Shown here piece by piece: positions 24,885 to 38,000 of a stretch of 64,000 nt of DNA (its first letter is position 1; each line of letters starts with the position of its first letter). The stretch is from Octopus vulgaris (lineage: Eukaryota): NCBI GenBank assembly GCA_951406725.2, contig OX597818.1, positions 133,920,001 to 133,984,000 on the forward strand, written 5' to 3'. The notes below the pieces were generated by a model. It did not search any database. It was not told the DNA's origin and saw only the letters and a program-made list of their open reading frames with translations. The position numbers and the translations under genes are program-made.

Positions 24885-25310
24885 TACTTAAACATACCTC
24901 AATAAATTATTTTTTCTAAGATGATATGTATATTCAGGTATGTGACAAATAAATGAATGTCCTTTTCCTTTAATTAATTGTGGTTTTCAGTGAAAATTCT
25001 AATCCATTTCATTGGGAAAATTCACCTTTGGTATAATTTAGAAGTTTATCTTCGGCGGGTCCTAACATAACTAGTCTTATCGGCTGCATAATTTTGAAGC
25101 ATCCTGGGTAATAAATATTATACGTTTCATTTTTTTAAATAATTATTTTCAAATGCTTATAAAAATAATTTTATATATTTTCAAACAATTAAAAGAAACT
25201 ATTTCAACTTATGAGTTAAAATAATATTTTTGTAAGTGAAAACAAATTAACGTTCGTCATTTGCAGAGTTTGTAATTTTACGAAATCTCGTTTAAACGTT
25301 AGTAAGCAAC

Positions 25311-25394
25311 ATGGCGGATAAGAAGAAAAACGATGCCGATTCCAAGGAAAAAAGTGATACCAAGGTTCCTCCGAAGGACGAAGAACAAGATCTT
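25311..25394 (+). CDS. PSMD2: PSMD2 exon 1 ([28 protein letters not shown])
   Basis: aacATGGCG start; CTT|gtgagt donor; joins in phase 0 to SEEDKQL. Confidence 0.9.
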
Positions 25395-26017
25395 GTGAGT
25401 TTTTAAGTAATATATTCGACTACTCATGTTTTGATTATTTTTTGGAATGTTTCCGATCATCTACGACTGATTTCGAGCCGGTTGTTGCCGGTCACATTTC
25501 TGCTATGTCATGTTTCTTGCCTTCCTGTGTGTGTGTGAGAGTATTTTCTCTTACTTCTCTGCATTCATCGGATTTATATCATCATTGCATCTGTGATTTA
25601 AATCCTCTTAGTTTTTAGATTGTTCTCCTTTACAAAGAAATATTCATAGACTACCTCTTTTTGGTTTTATTATTCAAATATTACCTTTTTGTTTTATGTA
25701 AATTCACCATGTCGAAGACTTGGTTCTTGGATTTTGTCTGCGGTTCATTCGTAGCAAGGAATAACGGTTCTTTATTATCCACATCACCTTCCTTTTAAAG
25801 ACGTAGGTTTGTTTAAAAAGCATTATTTTCTGCAACTAAATGAAAACATTGCGAATGAAAGAGATTATAACCGTCTCAACAGATTCAAAATCAAAATATT
25901 CTCTATTCCATTTGAAGAATCTATTCCATCACAGAATCCTGAGATTGCAAAACTTGGAATCTACAATTGCATTGTTGAATAAAGAAATGATAGAATTTCA
26001 TACATCTTTGTATGTAT

Positions 26018-26061
<44 letters not shown>

Positions 26062-29000
26062 AGATAAGAAAATGGAGAAATACATCTAAATCAAATATCA
26101 ATTACCAGATAATACTCAATCACATACTTTATTAAACCAAATCATTTTACCTTTACCCATATATAATACAGTAAATGAATTGATTGCATCGCAATCATTA
26201 ACATTTATGTATTAACTTTGTTGGCTACTTCACTAGCAGTATATTGGATATACGTTATCCCATAGAGGGTTGCATTTACAACCCCTATCTCAATTTGTAT
26301 ATATATATATATAGGGGCTTATGTATATGCTCTTAAATAAATCGCTCGCTTATTGGAGAAATAATCCTTGAAGATTCAGTTATTTCGATCTAAATGCATA
26401 GTTTTCAAGTTTTTTTGCCCACAAATCATAGAAAAGGAGAAAAAAACCGCAACATGTCTTTTTCACGTAATCGCATGTTCGAAAAAAATATATATTTCGT
26501 AACTAAATTTTCAATTGTTGGAAATAATTTATCGGAAATAACCGTCTTACAAACCTCCTATTTATGTTTTTTTAATCACGAGCCTTCAACCTTTGTAGAC
26601 CAAAGTTATGGATTCCCTTCAAATTAAACGTTTTAGATTTGTTTTTCGATTTCGTTTGTAATTGGTATTTAAAAAATTATAGAGTGATCAAGTTGTTGTT
26701 TTTCTTCCTAAACTCGCGATTTTCATATCTTTTCATAAATTTGTGTAAAAATGGAGGTTATATTTTGAAAATATAAACGAAGGAGCTAAAACGAATAATA
26801 AAATAAGTACCAAAGCTGCATTGTTTAACTGCAGTTCAGTCAATTTCATTTTTTATTATATCGGCAATATACTAGAAACGAAAGATTGCCATTATATCTA
26901 GCGAAACCAAATTTCCCATTGTCTCTTTATCTCTTATTTATGCATAAAACACATTCTTTTAGTTATTTATTTGTTTTTGTCCGAATTGCTTCTCTCACGA
27001 TTGCTTATTTGTCTCCTCAATATATATATACATATATATATATATCTTTATGTGTGTGTAATAATGAGTCAGAGCCATCATATATTGGCCATCTTTTGGA
27101 TTCTTCACTCATTCATTATCTAACCGATTGAGTTTTTTTTATTGAAATGAAGCTGTACTAAAGTAGGTTTATTATTATTATTATTCAACCATGAACCATG
27201 TACAGGTGTTTGGTGGATCCAGGTTCTTTGGAATCACACCAGGTGAAAAAAACGAGAATGGAAACCAAATTTAAATTATGTAGAGGATAGTAGGGAGTGT
27301 ATAGTAACAGGCTATACCTGACGGTCATGGAATTGTGGAATGTCCATAAGCATCCGAGATGTACTTAACAAAGACTAAAACTGTAGAACTTGTTTTTTTT
27401 TTTTTTAGAAAACATATAAAAGTATCAGTAATTTAAGAATGACAGTGACTATTTTAAATATTTTCTTAATATATTCATCGTAGAATCTTCTCAGAATATG
27501 CCTCACGGGTGGTTGGAATGTTGAGAAGGTTAGTTTTAGTTTGTGATAAAGTGATGAAAAGCAGGAAAGCTAGGGAAGCTGTCATTGTAGAATGGACATG
27601 TGAGGAATGCAGATGGTTCTGAGATAGCTCATGGTTGTTACAGATAGGGTGTAAGGAATAGAGAGGTGAAAGGATTTGGGAGTTGGTTTGTTACTTTGTG
27701 ATTCCCAATTTTGGAAAGCAGTAAGTTTGCTATATGCTCATGAGGTAGGTTAACATCAACTATGGGCTTCTTGATTGTACTATGTACAAGACCTGATGTG
27801 TCTAAAGGATGTGAAGGTAATTTTGAGAATGGAGTTTGCTACACAGCACTATTTGGTTTCGAGTTTGAAAGAGATGAATGTAGGGCGGGGGGGGAGGTCT
27901 AAAAAGAGAAGCCTAGTATGATAGAATATGATATGATCAAACTTGAAACTGGTTTGAAAGTCACTGAAAGATAGATTAAGAGATGTTGGTGATCATCATT
28001 TAATGTCCCTGTCCATGCTGGCATGGGTTGGATGCTGTGACCAGAGTTGGCAAGCTGGTGGGGCTGCACCAGACTCCAGTCTGATTTGAGGTTAAGAGAT
28101 GTTGGTGATCATCATTTAATGTCCCTTGTCCATGCTGGCATGGGTTGGATGCTGTGACCAGAGCTGGCAAGCTGGTGGGGCTGCACCAGACTCCAGTCTG
28201 ATTTGGCATGGTTTCTGCAATTGGATGCTTTTATGTGTTGCTGCACAGGCACTTTTATGTGGCACTGCACAGGTGCTCTTACATGATACTGCCATGGGTG
28301 CTTTACACAACCAGAAGAATGAGTTTTAACATTTCTGCTGCAGTGTACAGGTCTTCTTGAGTACAGCCAGGCACCAGGTATCTCGGTCTTTTGTCATCTC
28401 ACTTGAATGGTTCAGCTTCTTAAGGTCATTCTTCAGTATGTGTGCAGAGAGTCCAAAGTACCATCAAGACACTTGGTGAGTCAGTAAAGTTGAAATAGGG
28501 GAATCAGTGAGAAAGGAAAATATTCAAGGAATAAGGAGTATGGTAACAGAAAACAAGCATAGTTACAGGTAGCCAAAAAGGTAATGATTGTATAGATAGT
28601 GTGTAAAATATTTGGAGAACATGCAATCAGAGAGGTATATAAGATTGTACAGCAATTAGCTATAGTGAGATATCATGATAGTGCTGCTCAAAGGAATATA
28701 GAGAAGGAATGGGATGGGATAGAAAGAGCAATCCAGTTTTAGGACCAGCAGAGGAAATAGCTGAGAAAGCAGTTGAATAATGAGGGGTAGAAAAGCAGGA
28801 GGGCCAGCAAACACTGGAAAATATGTTTAAAGGCAGCAAAATGTTGGGGTTCCAAGAAAATGAGACATCTGTAGGCTAGTAGTGACAGAAGCTCATATTC
28901 AAGAGGATTGAGAGTTGAATACTCTTCAGTTCCTCTATCATCATCATGTTTAACGTCCGTTTTCCGCGCTAGCACGGGTTGGACGGTTCGACCGGGGTCT

Positions 29001-32000
29001 GGGAGCCAGGGGCTGCTCCAGGCTCCAGTCTGATCTGGCAGTATTCAAGAGGATTGGGAGTTGGATACTCTTCATTCCTCTACATTATGGAGAAGAAGAA
29101 CATCAATGAAATGCTGTTTGGTTTTATGCCAGGAAGACACACAATTACTGCAATTTTTATGTAAGGCAGTTACAGGAGAAATACAGGTTTCAAGAGTTGG
29201 AGTTCAGATGTTGGTGCACAGTTTTGTTGATGAAAGTTGTGAACATTGATGAGTTTGCAGTAGAGGTTGCAGCGTGTCAAACATCAGTATAAAGCCCACT
29301 ATTATTTGTAGTTGTGATAAAGGTGTTGGTTCAAAAGCTGAGGGTTGGTCACAGGAGTTGTATGCTAATCTTTTGATGGTAATAGCTGAGAGTCGAGATC
29401 AGTGGTTCTCGACCATTTTTTATAGATGGATCCTTTTGATTAATATTTTATTTTGGTGGACCCCATTTCCATTTGATGTTTAGTTTTGTAGATACTTCTT
29501 TATTCTCTTAGTTGTTTCAGTCATTTGACCACAGCCATGCTGGAGCACTGCTTTGAAAGATTTTAGTCGAAGAAATTGACCCCAGTTTATTTTTTTAAGC
29601 CTAGTATTTAATCTATTGGTCTCTTTTGCCAGACCACTAATTTATGGGGATGCAAACATACCAACACTGGTTGTCATGCAGTGATGGAGTGGACAAACAT
29701 ACACAATGGGCTTCTTTCAGTTTCTGTCTACCAAATTCACTCACAATTCTTTGATCAGCCAAAGGTTATAGTAGAAGACATTTGCCCAAGATGCCACACA
29801 CTGGGACTGAACTCAGAACCTTGTGGTTGGGAATCAAGCATCTTACCACACAAAGTCCCTATTTTGTTTTTCATATATTGTGTCAGTTGAACTATGTAAA
29901 ATGTTTGAGAAAGAAATCAAGCTGTTTCTTGCAATAAAAACATCTAAATCAAGCATTTTTCATGGGGTCTTAAAATACTACTGTGGGTCCTTAATTTACT
30001 TTTTTTTTTTTTTTGCATGGGGCCCTAAAAACCACTAGTTTAGATTAATTTTTACTTTGTCCCAAGAAGAGGCACTATGGATGCCATCTTCCTAGAGAGG
30101 CAACTACAGGCTAAGAATAAATTGCTATTCTTGGTTTTCATTGCTCTGGAGGAAGTGTTTGACTATCACACTCAGTAATTTGGTGATCATTGAGGAAAGT
30201 AGGTGTAGGGCTGTACAAGCTGTGTACAAAAATGTAGTAATATTCAACAACAGTTTCACTGACGAAAATGTTGTCCTCTCCTGTTCATCAGAGTCCCATG
30301 GGACATCACAGAGGTGTTTAAGACTAGATGGCCATAGGAATTTCTATATGCTGATGATATAGTTCCCATTGCTGAATCTACTGGAGAGAGATGAAATTCC
30401 AAGCATGGATACTAAACCTAAAACTAAGAGGTAAACTCTGCAAAGACAGAGAATGGTCCTGAAGCCTTTTTCACTTTATAAGTCTTCCTGGGTCTCCCAC
30501 TTTTGCAAGCTCCACTCACATTGACTGGCACTTCTTTATACAGCTGTCCTCATCTATACACATTATGTCCATACCAGCACAGAAAGAAAATAAGAAGACA
30601 GGAACCAGTGAAATGGACTTGTTTCATATGCAGAAAAAGGGTGGGGATAAATGCCATATATAGTGTCCTCAGGCATCTCCACTATAAGATCCTATCAGAA
30701 GCAGCCATCATTATACTTTCTGGTTGGATTCCCAAAAGTGGCCAACTTAGGCTATCCCTCTCTCTCTCTTTCGGAGAGGCACAAGCACCTACATGCACAT
30801 ATACACACACAGCAGTAACTTCCGCCTGCCGAATTCAATCACAAAGCTTCGGTCAGCTCGGGGATATAGTAGAAGACACCTACCTAAAGTGCCACGCAGT
30901 GGGACTGAACCCGAGACCATGCAGCTAGGAAGCAAGCTCCCTAACCACACAGCCATGTCGGATATTAACTGACCATTCTAGGCCTACCTCGAAGTCTCCT
31001 GCCAGTCAACTTGGCTTGAAGAATTTATCTTATGATTCTTTCCTGTGGCATGCTAACCACCTGTCCAGAGCACTGGACCTCAATGTGGAGAAGTAACAGT
31101 TCAACCTGGAGAGACTCCCAGATCTCCAAGCTTTGTTCCCTGTTTAAAAAAATGTTACTCCAGAAGCCCTTCAGAGGAATCTCATTTCAACTGCTTGTAT
31201 TCATGATCATATAATTTTGGTCTTTACCCAACATTCATGACCATAGGTAAGGATGGAATGCCGGAGCTGGCACATTACTGTGCCAGCACCAGACAGAAAT
31301 AAAGTGCCTGGGTAAGAGGAGTAATGGAAATAAATGTTGGAGGGTGTAGAAGAAAGTAAAACTGAGAAAGATGATGGAGGAGAAACTAGGATTTATGGAT
31401 TGGTGAATGTGGGAGCATAAATAGGATAGGGCAAAATGGAAAAAAGATTGTCATGGGAACCACATGACTAGCATAATTTTTAACAGGGTAAAATAGCCTT
31501 AAAATACTTGTTGCATATTCTCTGAACAAAAGGGCTTTATACCTTTAAAAAAAAACTTTAAAATGTAGGAAAGTGTATCACTTATAGGTTTCATGACATG
31601 GAGCAAATGAATAGTAAGTCTCCTGGTTAGAACCTCAGCCTGTTAAAGTAACATTAGCTTGAAGATCTGAAATTAAGGCTGAATGCTGAAGTAGGTCCAT
31701 TGAAGTATTCTACTCTGGATTTGAACTCATAACCAGTAAGTTTGTAGTCCACTTCTCAGTCATTTGACACCTCATAATCAAGCTATTAGCCCTTTAGCAT
31801 TTAAACCAACCATATCAGGCCCAAATATTCTACCTTGTTTTATGTTCAAACCAGCCGGATCTGACCTCTCATACTTATCCTACAATGTCATTCTAAAATT
31901 TGTGCGGGTGGCACGTAAAAAGCACCCACTACACTCACGGAGTGGTTGGCGTTAGGAAGGGCATCCAGCTGTAGAAACATTGCCAGATAAGACTGGAGCC

Positions 32001-35000
32001 TGGTGCAGCCTTCTGGCTTCCCAGATCCCCGGTCGAACCGTCCAACCCATGCTAGCATGGAGAACGGACGTTAAACGATGATGATGTAATCAAATTCTTG
32101 AAGCTATGAGATAATACTTGATTAATTCAGAACAATGTGAATAAATAAGCATTACATTTGTCAGAGTAATCTGAATGCTAAAAGGTTAAATGAAATTGAT
32201 TTATTACTACTGTCCTAAAACAGTATGAAATAATCCTCTAACCGTCTTATTCAACATTCTAAGAATTCTACCATTTTATTGGAATTTGGATGCATGCCTT
32301 CTGCTAAAAAATACCATTTCATTTGCTCATATCACTTAAAAACGGTTCTGTCCATATTTTCTATGGTTTTTATCTGCAGATCCAGAGACCATGTTTTTCC
32401 ATTTGTGTTGTAACACTCATTTTTCATTGCTAGCATGAGTTGGATAATCATCATCATCATCGTTTAACGTCCGTTCTCCATGCTAGCATGGGTTGGACGG
32501 TTCGACCGGGGATCTGGGAAGCCAGAAGGCTGCACCAGGCTCCGGTCTTATCTGGCAATGTTTCTACAGCTGGATGCCCTTCCTAACGCCAACCACTCCG
32601 TGAGTGTAGTGGGTGCTTTTTACGTGCCACCTGCACTGGAGCCAGGCGAGGCTGGCATCGGCCACAGTCGGATTGGTGCATTTTACGTGCCACCTGCACG
32701 GAAGCCAGTCGAGGCGGCACTGGCTTCGGCAACGATTTGGATGGTGCTTTTTACGTGCCACCAACACGGATACTATTAAGTCATTGTTATGTAGCTAAAA
32801 GCTTTTCCTGTTATTAATCCTTACCTCTTTTTAATTATGGAATTATATTTATTCCTCTTGTTTTTGAAAACACAGAGTTAAGGGACAGTATTTTGATAGC
32901 AAATATTAATATTTTTGATCAGTCATAAACAAATGCAGTCTATAGGACTCTCTAAAAGGTACACCAATGCAAAATTATCTTGAATTTATTTTTAGTAGTG
33001 CAATCCACTTGACAATGAACCATGTCTAATGCAACCTGCTTTTTGTAAAAGGTTACCTGTGCCTGGCTTAGACGTTATTGCTTATTATTCTTTTCTACTC
33101 TAGGCACAAGGCCAGAAATTTTTTTGGTGGGTGGGTGTCCTGTTGATTAGATTGATCCCTATACACAACTGGCACTTAATTTATGGACCCCAAAAGGATG
33201 GAAGGCAAACATCCACCCAGATATGCATAAAGACACCCACACAAACACACACAGTGTATTCTACAGATACATCCAGCCCATTTCAGAATGTAGACTGAGC
33301 GCCTTGTTTCCCTGGGCATGGATTCACTGAAGCTCCGGCATCTGGCGACGGACTTGGTAAACACCCACAAAGTTATCAACCACCTCACCAACAACAACAC
33401 TGAACACCTTTTTGATCTCCATGTGTCTAACACACGTGGACATGCCTACAAAGTCAGAAAACAACACAGCTCCCATGACTTTCGGAAACCTTTTTTCACG
33501 CTCAGAGTTGCTGAAGCATGGAATAAACTGCCTGCGTCAGTTGTTGACTGCCATGACACTGCATCCTTTAAGGCCCTCATGCTTTCCGAAATCCGCCGAA
33601 ACTACACCTGATTATATATACACTTTAGATGAGTTGTAGTGCATCTGAGCACTGTACACAATTATTATTATTATTATTAAACTGTTATTAAAATTGTATG
33701 GTAACTTGCTGAGCTATTGATTCTCTTATAGACTGATAAACATGACTCTAACAAATACAGCAACTATTAAATGAATTCTGTTTAAATTGATATTTTAATT
33801 TTATTTTATATACTTTCAGTCTGAAGAAGACAAACAGTTACAAGAATCCTTGAACCTTATGGTGGAGAGGCTTACTGTAAGTATATTTTTGTGTGTTCTT
33901 ATTAAATACTGTAATTAGTTTTTTAAAAAAAAGTTTTAAGTAAGTGGTTCTGTGACTGAAAAATTTTAAGATTTGAATTTTGCTTCTACAAATACAAGAC
34001 TAACATAGTCAGCTTCAAAATCTTAGCAAATATTACATTAAAAAATTAGTGTAATGTACAAAATGATTAGTTTTTCATTTTCATACATGTCTGTTTATGC
34101 TTGCATAGGTTGGAAAGATTTACAAATTCATGAAACGAGCTTCAGTTTTAAAGCTTGGAAATTGAGTTGGTCTCATTTTTATTGTACTGTGATAATCATA
34201 CCTGGAATTGGTAATAGTTCAAAAGAGTGAATAGTGTAAGACCTGCTAGAAAAAGAGCTAAAAGATATGAATTTAATGCTACCCAATCTAGAAATAATAG
34301 TTTGCCTTATGAAATGAACTATGACAAATACTTAAATCTACTTACATAACTAATTTCCTATATTGAGCCACTTTGAACAGATCTAAAAATTCAGTCACTA
34401 GAATAAATTTTAAAGCTTTGGTTTTCAGATGGATCATTTAATTGAAGCAATCAAGACCTTTATTAAACCTTTCATGTTGTTTTCTCGATTTTGAGTTGTC
34501 TTTACAATGATTTGTGTTGTTATAATGGGTAGGTTTATCAAAAGAATGTTAGGTGAGTTGTTAGAACATTGGGCCCTGCAGTATTCACTCTGATTTCTGA
34601 GCTCTGTGTTCAAATCCTGCCAAGGTCAACTTCACCTTTCAGAGTCAGTAACAAAGTATCAATCAAAGGTAGCAGAACTATGAAAATGTTTAATGCCTTA
34701 CAGTATTTATTCCAGCACTTTACATTCTTAGTTCTAATCCTGCCTTCGCCTACTTAGGTGATTAACTTAACCCTTTAGTATTTAAGCCAGGTATATCCAG
34801 CCAAAATATTCCACCTGTTTTAGGTTCAAACTGGCCAGGTCCTGCCTCTCACACCTACCTTACACTGATGCCAAATATTTTAATACATGGATTTTTTTTC
34901 ATGGTTTTGTCAGGAGGAAGGGGTAGTGCCCTTAACTATTGTAGACTCATGAGGTTAGGGTTGATTTTAAATGTCTTGAAGTTGTTTGCTAGGACTTTTT

Positions 35001-38000
35001 CACTTTTCTGCATAATGAACCATGATAGAATAGTGTCATCACTTTTTTTTTTACTAACATTGATGGGAGGAAGCAGTGTTTCTCAACCAGTTTTGGCTAT
35101 GGACCCCTTTGATTCCTATTTTCCACTACTGGACCCCAGCAGCCATTCAGTATTTTAAAAAATCCTATTATATTTTTAGAGGGAAAGCGAACGGTTAATG
35201 TTGATGATGAATTACAAGAAATCATATAAAAAGTTAAAATATTTTGTGTACATAGGCGCAGGAGTGGCTGTGTGGTAAGTAGCTTGCTAACCAACCACAT
35301 GGTTCCGGGTTCAGTCCCACTGCGTGGCATCTTGGGCAAGTGTCTTCTGTTATAGCCCGGGCCGACCAAAGCCTTGTGAGTGGATTTGGTAGACGGAAAC
35401 TGAAAGAAGCCTGTCATATATATGTATATATATATATATGTGTGTGTGTGTTTGTCCCCCTAGCATTGCTTGACAACCGATGCTGGTGTGTTTACGTCCC
35501 CGTCACTTAGCGGTTCGGCAAAAGAAACCAATAGAATAAGTACTGGGCTTACAAAGAATAAGTCCCGGGGTCGATTTGCTCGACTAAAGGCGGTGCTCCA
35601 GCATGGCCGCAGTCAAATGACTGAAACAAGTAAAAGAGTAAAAGAGAGAGAGAGAGTAGAAGTATAACCAATTTATTGAACTTAAACTTTATCAACAAAA
35701 TCTTATCTGGACCCTGATTGAGAACCACTTGGTGGGTTGGGGGTGAGAGTTATCCTCAAACTAGAGACTAATTCAAATGCTTGCAACAGAATGAACTTCA
35801 TGAAAGCTACCCAGAGACCAGATGGTGATGTTAGGAGTAGGAAGAGAATTCCAAAAGGTTGATGTTCTTAGGTGGAGAGGATTGGGAAGTGTTGTGGTGG
35901 GAGTGGGGAAAATATGAATGATGAAAAGAGGAGAGATAGATAGCTGGACCTGGCTGGAAGTGAATTGTGTATAGCTGATAGTATGCACCACAGTTATGTT
36001 CCAAGTCAAAGGCATTCAAGCTCTGACCATCCCATCTGTTTTCAGGAAGAGTGTACAGTGAACTACATTATTCAGTGTATGTTTTAACCCTTTAGTGTTC
36101 TCATTATTCTACCAAAATTAATGCTTTTTTATCCACATTGTTTTGAACTAATCATGCATTATCTTGTAACTATGAGAATTTGATGAGGTAGCAGTTAATT
36201 TTTAAAACGATATTGCAGGGTTGGTGTGAGAGACCAGATGTGACCAGTTTGAACATAAAACAGGCAGAATACTTTTGGCCGGATATGGCCGGTTTAAATG
36301 CTAAAGGGTTAAATATGATAGGATACGGTTTGATGTTTGGCTGTTATTTCTAGCAGGTCATGTGACCATATAGAGGCTCCCATGTTGGATCATAAATGCA
36401 TTGATTTTAATCAGAATCAAAATGGTAAATGTATTGAACATGCTGCTTCTCCTTCAAAAGTCTTGCAAGTTAATATACACCTCAGTCATTGTAAGGTTTA
36501 CAGTTAAAACCAGTCTTCATGTGTGTCAATTTCCTTCTCCAGGAATCTGATCAACAGCAGTACAGGCAAGCTCTGGAATGTCTTCGCACTGAAATCCGTG
36601 CCTCAACTACTTCCATGACGTCGGTTCCTAAGCCATTGAAATTCTTGCGTCCTCATTATGGCTCATTGAAAAAGGCTTATGAGAAGATCATCGATGAGGA
36701 GACGAAGGTAAGTTATTCATTTACCATTCTTTTTAAACCCGTAGCCAACTAGCTTTTAGAGTTTAAGGTTAAATCTGTTTGTTTGAGATTTTGTGGAGTA
36801 ATACTGAACAAATGAAAAGGAAGCTTCCCTGTGTATTTCAAGTAAAATGTTATGACTTTAGTTTTCAGGTGATACATTTAGAATGTTGACATTTCTCACC
36901 TAGGCTAAACATAAGTTGTCTACAGTTGCTGGTGCTTTTGCTTCTCCTCTGCACCATCTTTGTCTCTTTCAGTCCAGCACTGATTGATTTTCTCCCAAGT
37001 CTTTGGACATTTTTTTTTTTACTTTTTTTTCAAAGTGGTCTTTATTTGATAATAATTTTTAAAATGCTGTCATTTCATAGATTTAGAGCATTTGCAAGTC
37101 CTTGTCCTCATAACAAAATGCTTATGAATTGTAATAGTTTATGTCTGGCCTCCGTGCTGGTGGCACGTAAAAAACACCATCCGAGCGTGGCCGTTCGCCA
37201 GCCTCGTCTGGCACCTGTGTTGGTGGCACATAAAAAGCACCCACTACACTCACGGAGTGGTTGGCGTTAGGAAGGGCATCCAGCTGTAGAAACACTGCCA
37301 GATCTGACTGGCCTGGTGCAGCCTTCGGGCTTCCCAGACCTCAGTTGAACCGTCCAACCCATGCTAGCATGGAAAGTGAACGTTAAACGATGATGATGAT
37401 GATAAGTCATCTATTTACCTGTTTGTTTATATATTCATCAATATTGTATTAAGGTTTTAGCTGTTTTTCAACAATTCTATGTTGAAGAGATTTAAAACCA
37501 GAAATAATCAAATCATTAACGGTATTTAATCATCTAATTGCAAGTTTTACCATTTAAAAATAAATATTATAAGTCATCATTTTATGACTGTTTTCCATAC
37601 TGGTACAAGATAGACAAGCTGTCACACTCTGCCAGTTCTTATTGTCTTCTTAGGCAGGTCAGAAGATCACATCTCACCTTCATGTTCCATTTTTGGCATG
37701 TTTTCTACAACTGGATGCTATTCTTAACACCCAGCCATTTTACAGAGTACTGTAAAGTACACCAATACTTGAGGGGTTGTCATGTCCATAGCAAGACTAA
37801 AGGAACCTTACATTGTCTTAGCTCACTTTCCAAAGTGTACTGGATGCATTTTATTGTAGCAACAGCTCTAGTGAGGTGGTTGTGTACTCCACAAATGAAG
37901 AGTCTTCTCTACTCTACATTGTCTCTTCTTGTTCAAAGCAACATGGCCGAGAAAGTGAAAGAGAATATGATGTTGTTAGATGGGGAACTCTGATGAGAGG

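Noticed and set aside
24968-25089. Minus-strand ORF MQPIRLVMLGPAEDKLLNYTKG as a first coding exon
   Set aside because: Would need a 58-nt intron with no pyrimidine tract; more likely a uORF or chance.
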